From Bacteroidia bacterium (GTDB lineage: Bacteria; Bacteroidota; Bacteroidia; JACCXN01), in NCBI GenBank assembly GCA_046299555.1, contig JBKBHS010000003.1, positions 268,481 to 332,480 on the forward strand: DNA of 64,000 nucleotides, in the 5' to 3' direction. The position numbers and the translations under genes were made by a program. Shown piece by piece: positions 51,701-60,045 of this stretch. Each line of letters begins with the position of its first letter. The first letter of the stretch is position 1. The notes below the pieces were generated by a model, which did not search any database, was not told where the DNA came from, and saw nothing but the letters and a program-made list of their open reading frames with translations.

Positions 51701-52169
51701 ATTGCTGAACAGTAAAAAAGGAGTTTCGTTAGAACGTTTAGATTTTTACAGACCAACTGATGACCCAACCAATTGGCAATCGGCTGCAGAAAGTGTTGGT
51801 TTTGCAACTCCAGGGTATAAAAATTCTCAGTATTTAGAAAGTAATTTCAGCGGAGGAGATATTACAATAAATCCGGCTATTTTCTCACCGGATAATGATG
51901 GTTATCAAGATGTTTTAAATATCAATTACCAATTTAATCAATCCGGATATGTTGGTAATATAACCATTTATGATTCCAATGGACGCCTTGTTAAAAACCT
52001 GATGCAGAATGAACTTTTAGGAACAAGCGGTACAATTACTTGGAACGGAATAAACGAAAATAACGAACGAGCAAGTATTGGTATTTACATCATCTATTTC
52101 GAAGTATTTGATTTGAATGGAAAGGTAATCAAATACAAGAAAACCTGTGTATTGGCATCGCGACTTTAA
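48762..52169 (+). CDS. Large secreted protein with three lamin-tail (LTD) domains and a T9SS type-B C-terminal domain (1135 aa)
   Basis: LTD signatures at three positions ([12 protein letters not shown]...[21 protein letters not shown]...[33 protein letters not shown]). C-terminal [25 protein letters not shown]...YIIYFEVFD... matches the type-B (gliding-associated) CTD. Confidence 0.75.
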   Translation: [1135 protein letters not shown]

Positions 52170-52218
52170 CTCAACGTAAACAATTTAGCACTTTGCTTGT
52201 TATTATTTAAAAAGCATA

Positions 52219-52782
52219 TTGCATATGACTTATAACTATAAACTCAAAAACACTGACAAATACGTAAGTGTTTGTGCTATTGGTAAGGAACATTTAGAAA
52301 CAAATCCTTATTTCAACGAAATTAAATTGTTAGAAAATTTAAGGCTACACTCTGCCGGCTATGCAGTATTTGCACGTAACATTCCACAAAAGGATGGAAG
52401 CTATAAAAACGAAACCATTTATTTACATAAATATTTGGGAGAAAAATTTATCCCTAAACCCCAATCTTCACAACGTTTATTTGTTAGTTTTAAAAACAAT
52501 AATCCACTCGATTGCCGATTGGAAAATTTAGAGTGGATATCAATGTCGATGTTGCGCAGAAACCAAACCAAAAGCAGCAATAAAACAGGATATAGAGGAG
52601 TAGTACAAACAGGCAAAAAATATCATGCTTTTATTTATGACGGAAAAAGAAGAATTGAATTAGGTTCATACGATACAGCTGAGGCTGCTGCTGAAGCATA
52701 CAATAAAAAATCTATCGAACTTTTTGGTAAAACTAAAGGATTAAATAAAATTGAAAATAAAAGCTTACAAAATACATATTAA
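52219..52782 (+). CDS. AP2-domain DNA-binding protein with a degenerate HNH (HNH_3/NUMOD-like) N-terminal region; homing-endonuclease-like, probably catalytically inactive
   Basis: N-terminal GYAVFARNIP...IYLHKYLGEKFIP...FVSFKNNNPLDCRLENLEWIS resembles HNH_3 but has Ser/Phe where the catalytic His is expected. C-terminal YRGVVQTGKKYHAFIYDGKRRIELGSYDTAEAAAEAYNKKSIELFG is a canonical AP2 domain. Confidence 0.65.
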   Translation: MHMTYNYKLKNTDKYVSVCAIGKEHLETNPYFNEIKLLENLRLHSAGYAVFARNIPQKDGSYKNETIYLHKYLGEKFIPKPQSSQRLFVSFKNNNPLDCRLENLEWISMSMLRRNQTKSSNKTGYRGVVQTGKKYHAFIYDGKRRIELGSYDTAEAAAEAYNKKSIELFGKTKGLNKIENKSLQNTY

Positions 52783-52808
52783 TTAAATTTTAATTGGTTA
52801 ATTAATAC

Positions 52809-52840
52809 AAAAAGTCTTGCAGTTGCAAGACTTTTTGTAT
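52809..52840 (+). terminator. Terminator hairpin AAAAAGTCTTGCagttGCAAGACTTTTT after the AP2 gene
   Basis: 7-bp stem with flanking A5 and T5 runs. Confidence 0.65.
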
Positions 52841-52874
52841 TTTGAAAACCTAATTAAACTATAAATAATTAATT

Positions 52875-53375
52875 ATGATTATGAAAAAGGGATTTATATT
52901 CGTGTTGTTATTAGTTAGTAATTATTTGTTTGCCCAAAGTCCAATTGATAAGGGGAAAGCTCAATTTAATGCCGGCTTTGGTTTATCATCATGGGGTTTA
53001 CCTGTTTACCTTGGTTTTGACTATGGTGTTCATAAAGATGTAACGGTTGGAGGAGAAGTATCTTTTCGTAATTACCGAAATAATTGGAAAGGAATAGCGT
53101 ATGTTCATAATATTGTAGGAATTTCAGGTAACTTTAATTACCATTTTAACAGTATTTTAAACATTCCTTCACCATGGAATTTCTATGCAGGCTTAAACAT
53201 TGGTTTTTTTTATTGGAATTCGCCTAGTTTATATGGAGGAGCCACTTCCGGTTTAGGAATAGGAGCACAAGTTGGCGGACGTTATTATTTTACCGACAAA
53301 GTTGGTATAAATTTAGAATTAGGCGGTGGAAATGCAGTTTCGGGAGGTAAAATTGGTGTTTCCATAAAGCTTTAA
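52875..53375 (+). CDS. Small outer-membrane beta-barrel protein (166 aa)
   Basis: Signal peptide ending ...LFAQS, Gly-rich alternating strands, terminal ...GVSIKL. Confidence 0.5.
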   Translation: MIMKKGFIFVLLLVSNYLFAQSPIDKGKAQFNAGFGLSSWGLPVYLGFDYGVHKDVTVGGEVSFRNYRNNWKGIAYVHNIVGISGNFNYHFNSILNIPSPWNFYAGLNIGFFYWNSPSLYGGATSGLGIGAQVGGRYYFTDKVGINLELGGGNAVSGGKIGVSIKL

Positions 53376-53451
53376 TCAATATTAAATTATTTATAGTAAT
53401 TAATAAAAACCACAAAATTTATCAATTAGTTTTTAATTTATGCTACAAATC

Positions 53452-53482
53452 AAAAAGCGGCTTAAAATATAAGCCGCTTTTT
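53452..53482. terminator. Bidirectional terminator hairpin AAAAAGCGGCTTAaaataTAAGCCGCTTTTT between convergent genes
   Basis: 8-bp stem with A5/T5 flanks, between the 52875-53375 (+) and 53506-57858 (-) 3' ends. Confidence 0.7.
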
Positions 53483-53505
53483 GATTTTTACAGTTTATTA
53501 TATTT

Positions 53506-56500
53506 CTAATTTAAAATCATTTTCACTACTTCGCCATCGCTGGTTTTAATAAAATACAAACCTGATTTTAAATTTTGAACATTTAATTGGTTAACATTTT
53601 CTTCATTTAAAATCATCTTACCTACAGCATCATAAACCTCAACTGATACGGTTTTATTAAAGTTTACTTCACTACCTGAAACAGGATTGGGATAAATCTT
53701 TAATGCCACTTTATCGGTATTATTTGTTTTTTCTATGCCGGTTGGTGTTGTTCTAACACCTGTGGCCGGATTTGTTACTAAATATTGCGGTGGATTACAA
53801 TTATATTCATAAACTGCAAAAAAGTAAGTTGAATTAGGTGATAATCCGGATAAATTAAATGAGTTTCCACTACCATTAAATACTACATAACCACTACCAA
53901 GCTCAGAACCTGTTGAACCAAAAACAGCATTAGCCGTATATACGGTACCACTAACAGGAGCATTTGCTACTGCAGCACCTTGGCGTGCTACCACTATTCT
54001 ATTTGAACCATTTCCATTTGTCCAAGAAAGAGTCATACTTGTTGAAGTAACATTACTAAATGATAAGCTACTTGCAGGCACAGTTGGTGCAGCACATGGG
54101 TCTATACAATTAATCAATGTTGTAACAACAAGCGGAGTTGAACTATTATCTGTGGCTACTAATTGGAAAGTTTCAACCGTATTGTACTGAACATCGTTCC
54201 ATGTATAAACTCCATTATTCATAGCTTGTGGTCCTAAACCACTTGTGCTAGATAATATTCCTGTACCGGGTGTACCTCTTGACAAGGTAATACTTCTTGG
54301 AGCTGTATCAATATTATTATTTGCATCTACAGCTGAAACAGTAACTGTAAAGTTTTGATTTAAGAATGCAGTTGCAGGAACAGTTGTATAAACTAACTGC
54401 GTAGCTGTTACTGAAATTACATTTTGTGTACCATCTGATTCAATTGAAAAATTAGCAACTCCTGAACTATTACAAGCATTTCCAATGGTAACACCATTTT
54501 GATTTAAGGCCAATTGAATAATGCTACCATCAATAATATTTCCATTTGCTGCAAGTGATATTCTGATGCTGTAGGTTTTAGAGGCATCATCTGGAATTGA
54601 TTCTGAAAGCCCGTTGAAAGAAATAGAATTTGATGTTATAACAGCATCTTGTAATTTTAAGGAACCATCAAATAAAGCTGCGGCAGCTATTGTTGTTGTA
54701 AAATCAGACACCGTATTTAATGTTCCTTGCGTAAAGTTTAATGCCGATATGTTGGTAGGTAAATTATCTGTATCGCCTGAGGCTCCACCATCCCTAATCG
54801 TAAATTGCCATACCTGAACACCATCAGCTACAGTATTTATTGAACCGGTAGTTGTAGAAGGTATAGTTGCAGTTTCTGAATTAAGCACAGCAATAGCATC
54901 AGAAGTAGGAGCTAATAATGGTGAAGAAGAAACGGTAATATCATCTAACTTTAATCGTGGACGAGAACCGGCAGAACCAGATGCCTGATAATAAAACCAT
55001 CTTAAATAAACAGCAGACTGATTATCGCATGCTGCCGGCAATTGCACGCCTGTAAAAGTTTGTGTATGCCCTACCGTTTGCGATGCCGATGTATATTCAA
55101 CAGGGCCTGGAACATCTAACCATGTTCCATTGCCAATTCGATATTGTAAACGGATGTTATACACACGATTATTATCGGTCTGTACCAATGTTCCACAAGT
55201 AAAATCTACTAAAATATTTGTTCTGCCTGATGTATTTAATCCAAGTACTGCAGCTCCAAGAGTACCGTTTGTTCCGGTATTAACAAATGAAATTCCATCA
55301 ACACCCAAACCATTTATACGAGTACCGGATGTTAAATTATAAGCCCCCGTATAATTTCCGGTATCTAAAGCAGCCAATCCCGGATCTTGTGCATTAAAAC
55401 GATGAAAAATCATATTGGCAGGATAAGTACTTGCCGGCTCTGTTGCATCCCAGTTATTAAAAACGTAGGGTCCTGCACATAATGCATAAGTTGCAGGTAA
55501 AGTTGCAACTTGTGTAGCATTACCACTTACTGAAACATTAATCGTATTAGCTCCGGTACTTGTGCATACCACGTTACCGGATTGTGGACCCGAAACAGAT
55601 GGATTAAAACGTACATACACCCATGTTGGAGCTACGGTTCCTGATGTAGGAACTAAATTTACACTTGCTCCAAAACCACTTGAATTACTGGTAGAAACCT
55701 GAAAATGAGTTGGTGCGGTAATAACAATATCATTAGTTAAAAATTGTCCTGAAACTTGAACACTATCTACATTTGAAGGAGTTCCAACTTGTGTTGAAAA
55801 AGCAGCTAAAGAAGTAACGTTAGTAAAAATAGCAGGCGTAGTTGGTGTAGTAAAACTTGCCGATGGAGGGTTTGCCAATCGATAATCAGCCGGATTACAA
55901 TTATATTCCACTACTGCAAAATGATACGTTACTCCAGGAGTAAATCCCGTAACGTTAACCGAATTTCCACTGCCGTTATAAAGAACATAGCCTGAGCCTA
56001 ATTCTGTTCCTACTGAACCAAATGCGGGATTGGCAGTATAGGTAACACCATCAACCGGAGGATCGGCAACAGGGCTTCCCTGGCGACCGATTAATATTCT
56101 GCCAGAACCGGTTCCGTTTGTCCAGCTCACAGTAACGCTTGTTCCTGATGGATTGCTAAATTGAATATTGCTGGCATCCATGTTAGGTTCGTTACATGCA
56201 ACGAATTTTGGTATGATGGTTAAACTGTCAATTGCTAATCCATGATCTCCAACTGAAGCAATATCTTCATCAACCCATCTAATCCAAATAGAACCTCCAT
56301 TGGGAATAGCAGCAAAACCGGTAATTTCATCAGAAATTAATGTTCTGTTTAAAGGATCATTTCCATTTAATGCACCACTAGTACCGGTTGTAATTGGAGA
56401 AATAAAATTTAAGGTATTAAAACTTGTCCAGGTTCCTGTATTTAAAGAAGTAGCATCGGTACTTAATTCAAAACGCAATGAATCTGTTATACCTGTACTA

Positions 56501-57858
56501 CCTAATCGCCACTGTTCTCCTACATAAGTAATTTCTAATGTGTTTACATTATTACCTGTATTATTAAGCAATTTTGCACCCAAGTAAACAGGAGTTAAAG
56601 AAGCAGTAGTAAGAGAACCTAAGGCTCTATCAGCAGATGCACTTAAGCCATAACTATAAGTATCGCCTGTATTTGAGCTACCATTATTTGCTCTGTATGT
56701 AGTGTTTGCATTGGTGCCTAGTTCAAAAAAGTAAATTCCTCTGGAAATATTAGTTTGAGCCGTACCTGTTGTATCTAATTCATCAAATGTAGTTAAAGCG
56801 GAAGCTGTATTTAATGCCGTTAAGACAATGGCCTCATCATCATCATTTATATCAATATTCACTGTTGAAGGAGAACCAATGCTTAACCCTGAACTTACAG
56901 AAGTAATTGAAATTATTGCCGTTTCTAATCCTTCACGTAAATTATCATCTACAATGGTAAAAGTAACGCTACCTGTAGTTTGTCCGTTAGGTATGGTTAT
57001 TTGGGTATTGCTTAACGAATAATCTCCTGCCGTAATACCTACGCCACTAACAGCTAAACTTACAGTTTCGTTTGCTGTAACAGCACTTGCAGCCGTTGCA
57101 GTAAGTGTAATTACAGTAGCATTAGCTTCGCTACCACTTGATGCAGAAGCGCTAAGTGTAACAGAAGGTGTACTTACATTTTGTCCGGTAACATTTATAT
57201 TATCAATACCAATTCCTAAGCTATTACCCGTACCGCTCGAAGGTCTCCACAAAGCCCATCTAAACTGATAATCTGTTGAAGGTGTTAAACCCGTTACCAA
57301 CAAATTAAATTGAGTAACGGTGTCTTGCGGTTGAGTTCCTGTGTATAAATTGGCTGAACCGGGCACAGTGGTCCACGTTCCACTTGTTCCTTGTCTGTAT
57401 TGTAAAACCGTACCAAGTTGCCTTGTTGATGAATTTCCATTATTGACTAAAATTAAATCGTATGCAATATTTACTGCATTAAACGAACCTGTATTAATAG
57501 CAAATACAACTTGATTTACTCCATTAGTTGCATTTGTACTAGATTGAATAAAAACCCTAGCATCGGTTGAAGGAGAAACCATTTGGCCATATACTCCGGC
57601 TGTATTAGAAGGATGTGTTTGTGTTGTTAATGCATTAACCGTTGCATCACCAGTTGGCACAGATGCTTCGGCTAAAGCCTGTGTAGTTGTTGAACCTCCA
57701 TTAATACCATTCCAGGCAGCCATACCTGCCGGCATTGCAGTAAATGTAGCTGAACCAAAATTTTGTGTATAAGGTAAACTTTGTGGTGTTGGATTGGTTT
57801 GTGCCACTATTGCAGCAGCACTCATCATTCCTAAAATTGAAAGTATTACTTTTTTCAT
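53506..57858 (-). CDS. Very large T9SS type-A CTD surface protein (1450 aa) with Calx-beta-like and duplicated FN3/Ig-like modules; putative adhesin
   Basis: Signal peptide. Calx-beta-like block (GDYSLSNTQITIPNGQTTGSVTFTIVDDNLREGLETAIISI). Two internally duplicated about 110-aa modules (…ANPAFGSVGTELGSGYVLYNGSGNSVNVTGFTPGVTYHFAVVEYNC and …ANAVFGSTGSELGSGYVVFNGSGNSFNLSGLSPNSTYFFAVYEYNC). C-terminal KIYPNPVSGSEVNF...SGLYFIKT sorting domain. Confidence 0.7.
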   Translation of the reverse strand: MKKVILSILGMMSAAAIVAQTNPTPQSLPYTQNFGSATFTAMPAGMAAWNGINGGSTTTQALAEASVPTGDATVNALTTQTHPSNTAGVYGQMVSPSTDARVFIQSSTNATNGVNQVVFAINTGSFNAVNIAYDLILVNNGNSSTRQLGTVLQYRQGTSGTWTTVPGSANLYTGTQPQDTVTQFNLLVTGLTPSTDYQFRWALWRPSSGTGNSLGIGIDNINVTGQNVSTPSVTLSASASSGSEANATVITLTATAASAVTANETVSLAVSGVGITAGDYSLSNTQITIPNGQTTGSVTFTIVDDNLREGLETAIISITSVSSGLSIGSPSTVNIDINDDDEAIVLTALNTASALTTFDELDTTGTAQTNISRGIYFFELGTNANTTYRANNGSSNTGDTYSYGLSASADRALGSLTTASLTPVYLGAKLLNNTGNNVNTLEITYVGEQWRLGSTGITDSLRFELSTDATSLNTGTWTSFNTLNFISPITTGTSGALNGNDPLNRTLISDEITGFAAIPNGGSIWIRWVDEDIASVGDHGLAIDSLTIIPKFVACNEPNMDASNIQFSNPSGTSVTVSWTNGTGSGRILIGRQGSPVADPPVDGVTYTANPAFGSVGTELGSGYVLYNGSGNSVNVTGFTPGVTYHFAVVEYNCNPADYRLANPPSASFTTPTTPAIFTNVTSLAAFSTQVGTPSNVDSVQVSGQFLTNDIVITAPTHFQVSTSNSSGFGASVNLVPTSGTVAPTWVYVRFNPSVSGPQSGNVVCTSTGANTINVSVSGNATQVATLPATYALCAGPYVFNNWDATEPASTYPANMIFHRFNAQDPGLAALDTGNYTGAYNLTSGTRINGLGVDGISFVNTGTNGTLGAAVLGLNTSGRTNILVDFTCGTLVQTDNNRVYNIRLQYRIGNGTWLDVPGPVEYTSASQTVGHTQTFTGVQLPAACDNQSAVYLRWFYYQASGSAGSRPRLKLDDITVSSSPLLAPTSDAIAVLNSETATIPSTTTGSINTVADGVQVWQFTIRDGGASGDTDNLPTNISALNFTQGTLNTVSDFTTTIAAAALFDGSLKLQDAVITSNSISFNGLSESIPDDASKTYSIRISLAANGNIIDGSIIQLALNQNGVTIGNACNSSGVANFSIESDGTQNVISVTATQLVYTTVPATAFLNQNFTVTVSAVDANNNIDTAPRSITLSRGTPGTGILSSTSGLGPQAMNNGVYTWNDVQYNTVETFQLVATDNSSTPLVVTTLINCIDPCAAPTVPASSLSFSNVTSTSMTLSWTNGNGSNRIVVARQGAAVANAPVSGTVYTANAVFGSTGSELGSGYVVFNGSGNSFNLSGLSPNSTYFFAVYEYNCNPPQYLVTNPATGVRTTPTGIEKTNNTDKVALKIYPNPVSGSEVNFNKTVSVEVYDAVGKMILNEENVNQLNVQNLKSGLYFIKTSDGEVVKMILN

Positions 57859-57968
57859 AAGTAGGTGTATTTATTTGAACAAAGATAGGATAATGCGCAC
57901 AAATATGTGTTAAATAAGTATTAATACTTTTTAAATCATACAGCTTTACAAAACTTTATCTTTGTGGT

Positions 57969-59774
57969 GTGCAAAAGCAAGAAAAAATAAAAGAACTCTT
58001 AACTAATTTACCCGAAAAACCCGGTGTATATCAATATTTTGATAGCGACAACAAATTACTTTATGTTGGTAAAGCAAAGAATCTAAAAAAAAGAGTTTCA
58101 TCTTATTTTACGAAAGAACACGATAGTGGCAGAATTAGGGTAATGGTAAATAAAATTGCCGATATAAAATACATAGTGGTTGACACCGAGCTGGACGCAT
58201 TGTTATTGGAAAACAATCTAATAAAATCACTAAAACCTCGTTACAATATCAATTTACGCGATGACAAAACCTATCCCTGGATATGCATCAAAAACGAAGA
58301 TTTTCCGCGTGTTTATAGCACCCGAAATCCCGTATATGATGGTTCTCTTTACTTTGGCCCATACGCTTCGGTTAAAATGATGCACACCTTGCTGGATTTG
58401 ATTCGTCAATTATATAAATTACGCAATTGCAATTTAATTTTAAATGATGAAAATATTCAAAAAAGAAAATTTAAAGTTTGCCTTGAATATCATATTGGAA
58501 ATTGCTTAGGGCCCTGCGAAGGCTTACAAAAAAAAGAAGATTACAATGAAAGTATTCAGCAGATTAAAGAGATTATAAAAGGGAATATATCAGGAGTAAT
58601 TCGTCATCTAAAAGATGTAATGCGAAACTATGCCGAAAAATTAGATTTTGAAAATGCACAACTCATCAAAGAAAAAATTGAAATTTTAGAGAAATACCAA
58701 AGCAAATCAGCGGTTGTAAGCAATACCATTACCAATGTTGATGTATTTAGTATTGATAGCGTAGAAGATATTGCCTGTGTAAATTTTTTAAAAGTGGTAG
58801 ATGGCACCATAGTTCAGGCGCATACCATAGAACTGAAAAAGAAATTGGAAGAAAGCGAAAAAGAGTTACTGGAATTTGCCATTATAGAATTAAGAGAACG
58901 TTTTAAAAGCACATCACGGGAAATTGTGGTTCCGTTTAAACTTGATATGGAGTTACCTAACGTAACTTTTACCATACCACAACGAGGCGATAAAATGAAA
59001 CTGCTGGAACTTTCGCAGCGAAACGCAAAATTTTACCGAATAGAACGACAAAAAGCCGGAGGTGTAATTAAGCAAGTATCACGCAGTGAACGCATTCTGG
59101 AACAAATGAAAAAAGATTTGCGTCTTCCGGAATTACCAAGACACATAGAATGCTTTGATAATTCAAATATAATGGGCGAATTTCCAGTATCAGCTTGTGT
59201 AGTGTTCAAAGATGCAAAGCCCAGCAAAAAAGATTATCGTCATTTTAACATCAAAACAGTTGAAGGGCCAAACGATTTTGCATCGATGGAAGAAGTGATA
59301 TATCGAAGATACAAGCGTTTACTCGATGAAAATCAACCTTTACCACAATTAATTGTAATAGATGGAGGAAAAGGCCAACTTAGTTCAGCACTTCAAAGCA
59401 TTGACAAATTAGGCTTACGTGGGAAAATAAGTGTAATATCTATTGCAAAACGACTGGAAGAAATCTATTATCCGGATGACCCCTACCCTTTGCACTTAAA
59501 CAAAAAATCGGAAACATTAAAAGTGATTCAACACATGCGCGATGAAGCCCATCGTTTTGGCATTACACATCATCGCAACAAAAGAACCAAAGCATCTGTA
59601 GTAACTGAATTACATGGCATTGATGGTATTGGTGAAAGTACTATTGAAAAACTTTTAAAAACTTTTGGTTCTGTAAAACGCGTTAAAGAAGCAAGCCAAC
59701 AAGCATTAGAAACAGCTGTTGGCAAAGCAAAAGCCAAGATTATTGCAGAATATTTTTCTAAGAATAAAGTTTAA
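57969..59774 (+). CDS. uvrC: Excinuclease ABC subunit C
   Basis: GIY-YIG N-terminus (PGVYQYFD...LLYVGKAKNLKKRVSSYF), UvrBC-interaction region, RNase H-like endonuclease domain, and C-terminal HhH (GIDGIGESTIEKLLKTFGS). Apparent GTG start. Confidence 0.9.
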   Translation: MQKQEKIKELLTNLPEKPGVYQYFDSDNKLLYVGKAKNLKKRVSSYFTKEHDSGRIRVMVNKIADIKYIVVDTELDALLLENNLIKSLKPRYNINLRDDKTYPWICIKNEDFPRVYSTRNPVYDGSLYFGPYASVKMMHTLLDLIRQLYKLRNCNLILNDENIQKRKFKVCLEYHIGNCLGPCEGLQKKEDYNESIQQIKEIIKGNISGVIRHLKDVMRNYAEKLDFENAQLIKEKIEILEKYQSKSAVVSNTITNVDVFSIDSVEDIACVNFLKVVDGTIVQAHTIELKKKLEESEKELLEFAIIELRERFKSTSREIVVPFKLDMELPNVTFTIPQRGDKMKLLELSQRNAKFYRIERQKAGGVIKQVSRSERILEQMKKDLRLPELPRHIECFDNSNIMGEFPVSACVVFKDAKPSKKDYRHFNIKTVEGPNDFASMEEVIYRRYKRLLDENQPLPQLIVIDGGKGQLSSALQSIDKLGLRGKISVISIAKRLEEIYYPDDPYPLHLNKKSETLKVIQHMRDEAHRFGITHHRNKRTKASVVTELHGIDGIGESTIEKLLKTFGSVKRVKEASQQALETAVGKAKAKIIAEYFSKNKV

Positions 59775-60045
59775 ACGTATTAATGTGTGAATGTGTAAAA
59801 GTTTGAATTTGTAGATAGGAAGGTTACAAATTGATACATATAGAAATTTATAGAGATTAGTTGAAATTAGTTGAAACTTTATTGACATACATTAATATCC
59901 AATCATCAAATCATCAAATTGCCAAATCAGCAAATCACTAATTTCTAACGCCAAACTACTAAGGCCTAAAAAGGTAAATTAACACCCCTTAACGCTACAA
60001 ATTAAACAGAGATTAAAAGAAATACTTATTTTTGACTTTTATCAT

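Noticed and set aside
52170-52874. Mobile-element boundaries (direct or inverted repeats) around the AP2 gene
   Set aside because: The flanking spacers show only AT-rich pseudo-palindromes and a terminator. No convincing target-site duplication or terminal inverted repeat was seen. The gene is therefore reported as a lone homing-endonuclease-like gene rather than a defined mobile element.
59775-60045. tRNA or other structured RNA gene in the long spacers
   Set aside because: No acceptor-stem or T-loop (GTTCGA-like) architecture is recognisable by eye, here or in 41793-42319. This cannot be fully excluded without tRNAscan or Infernal.
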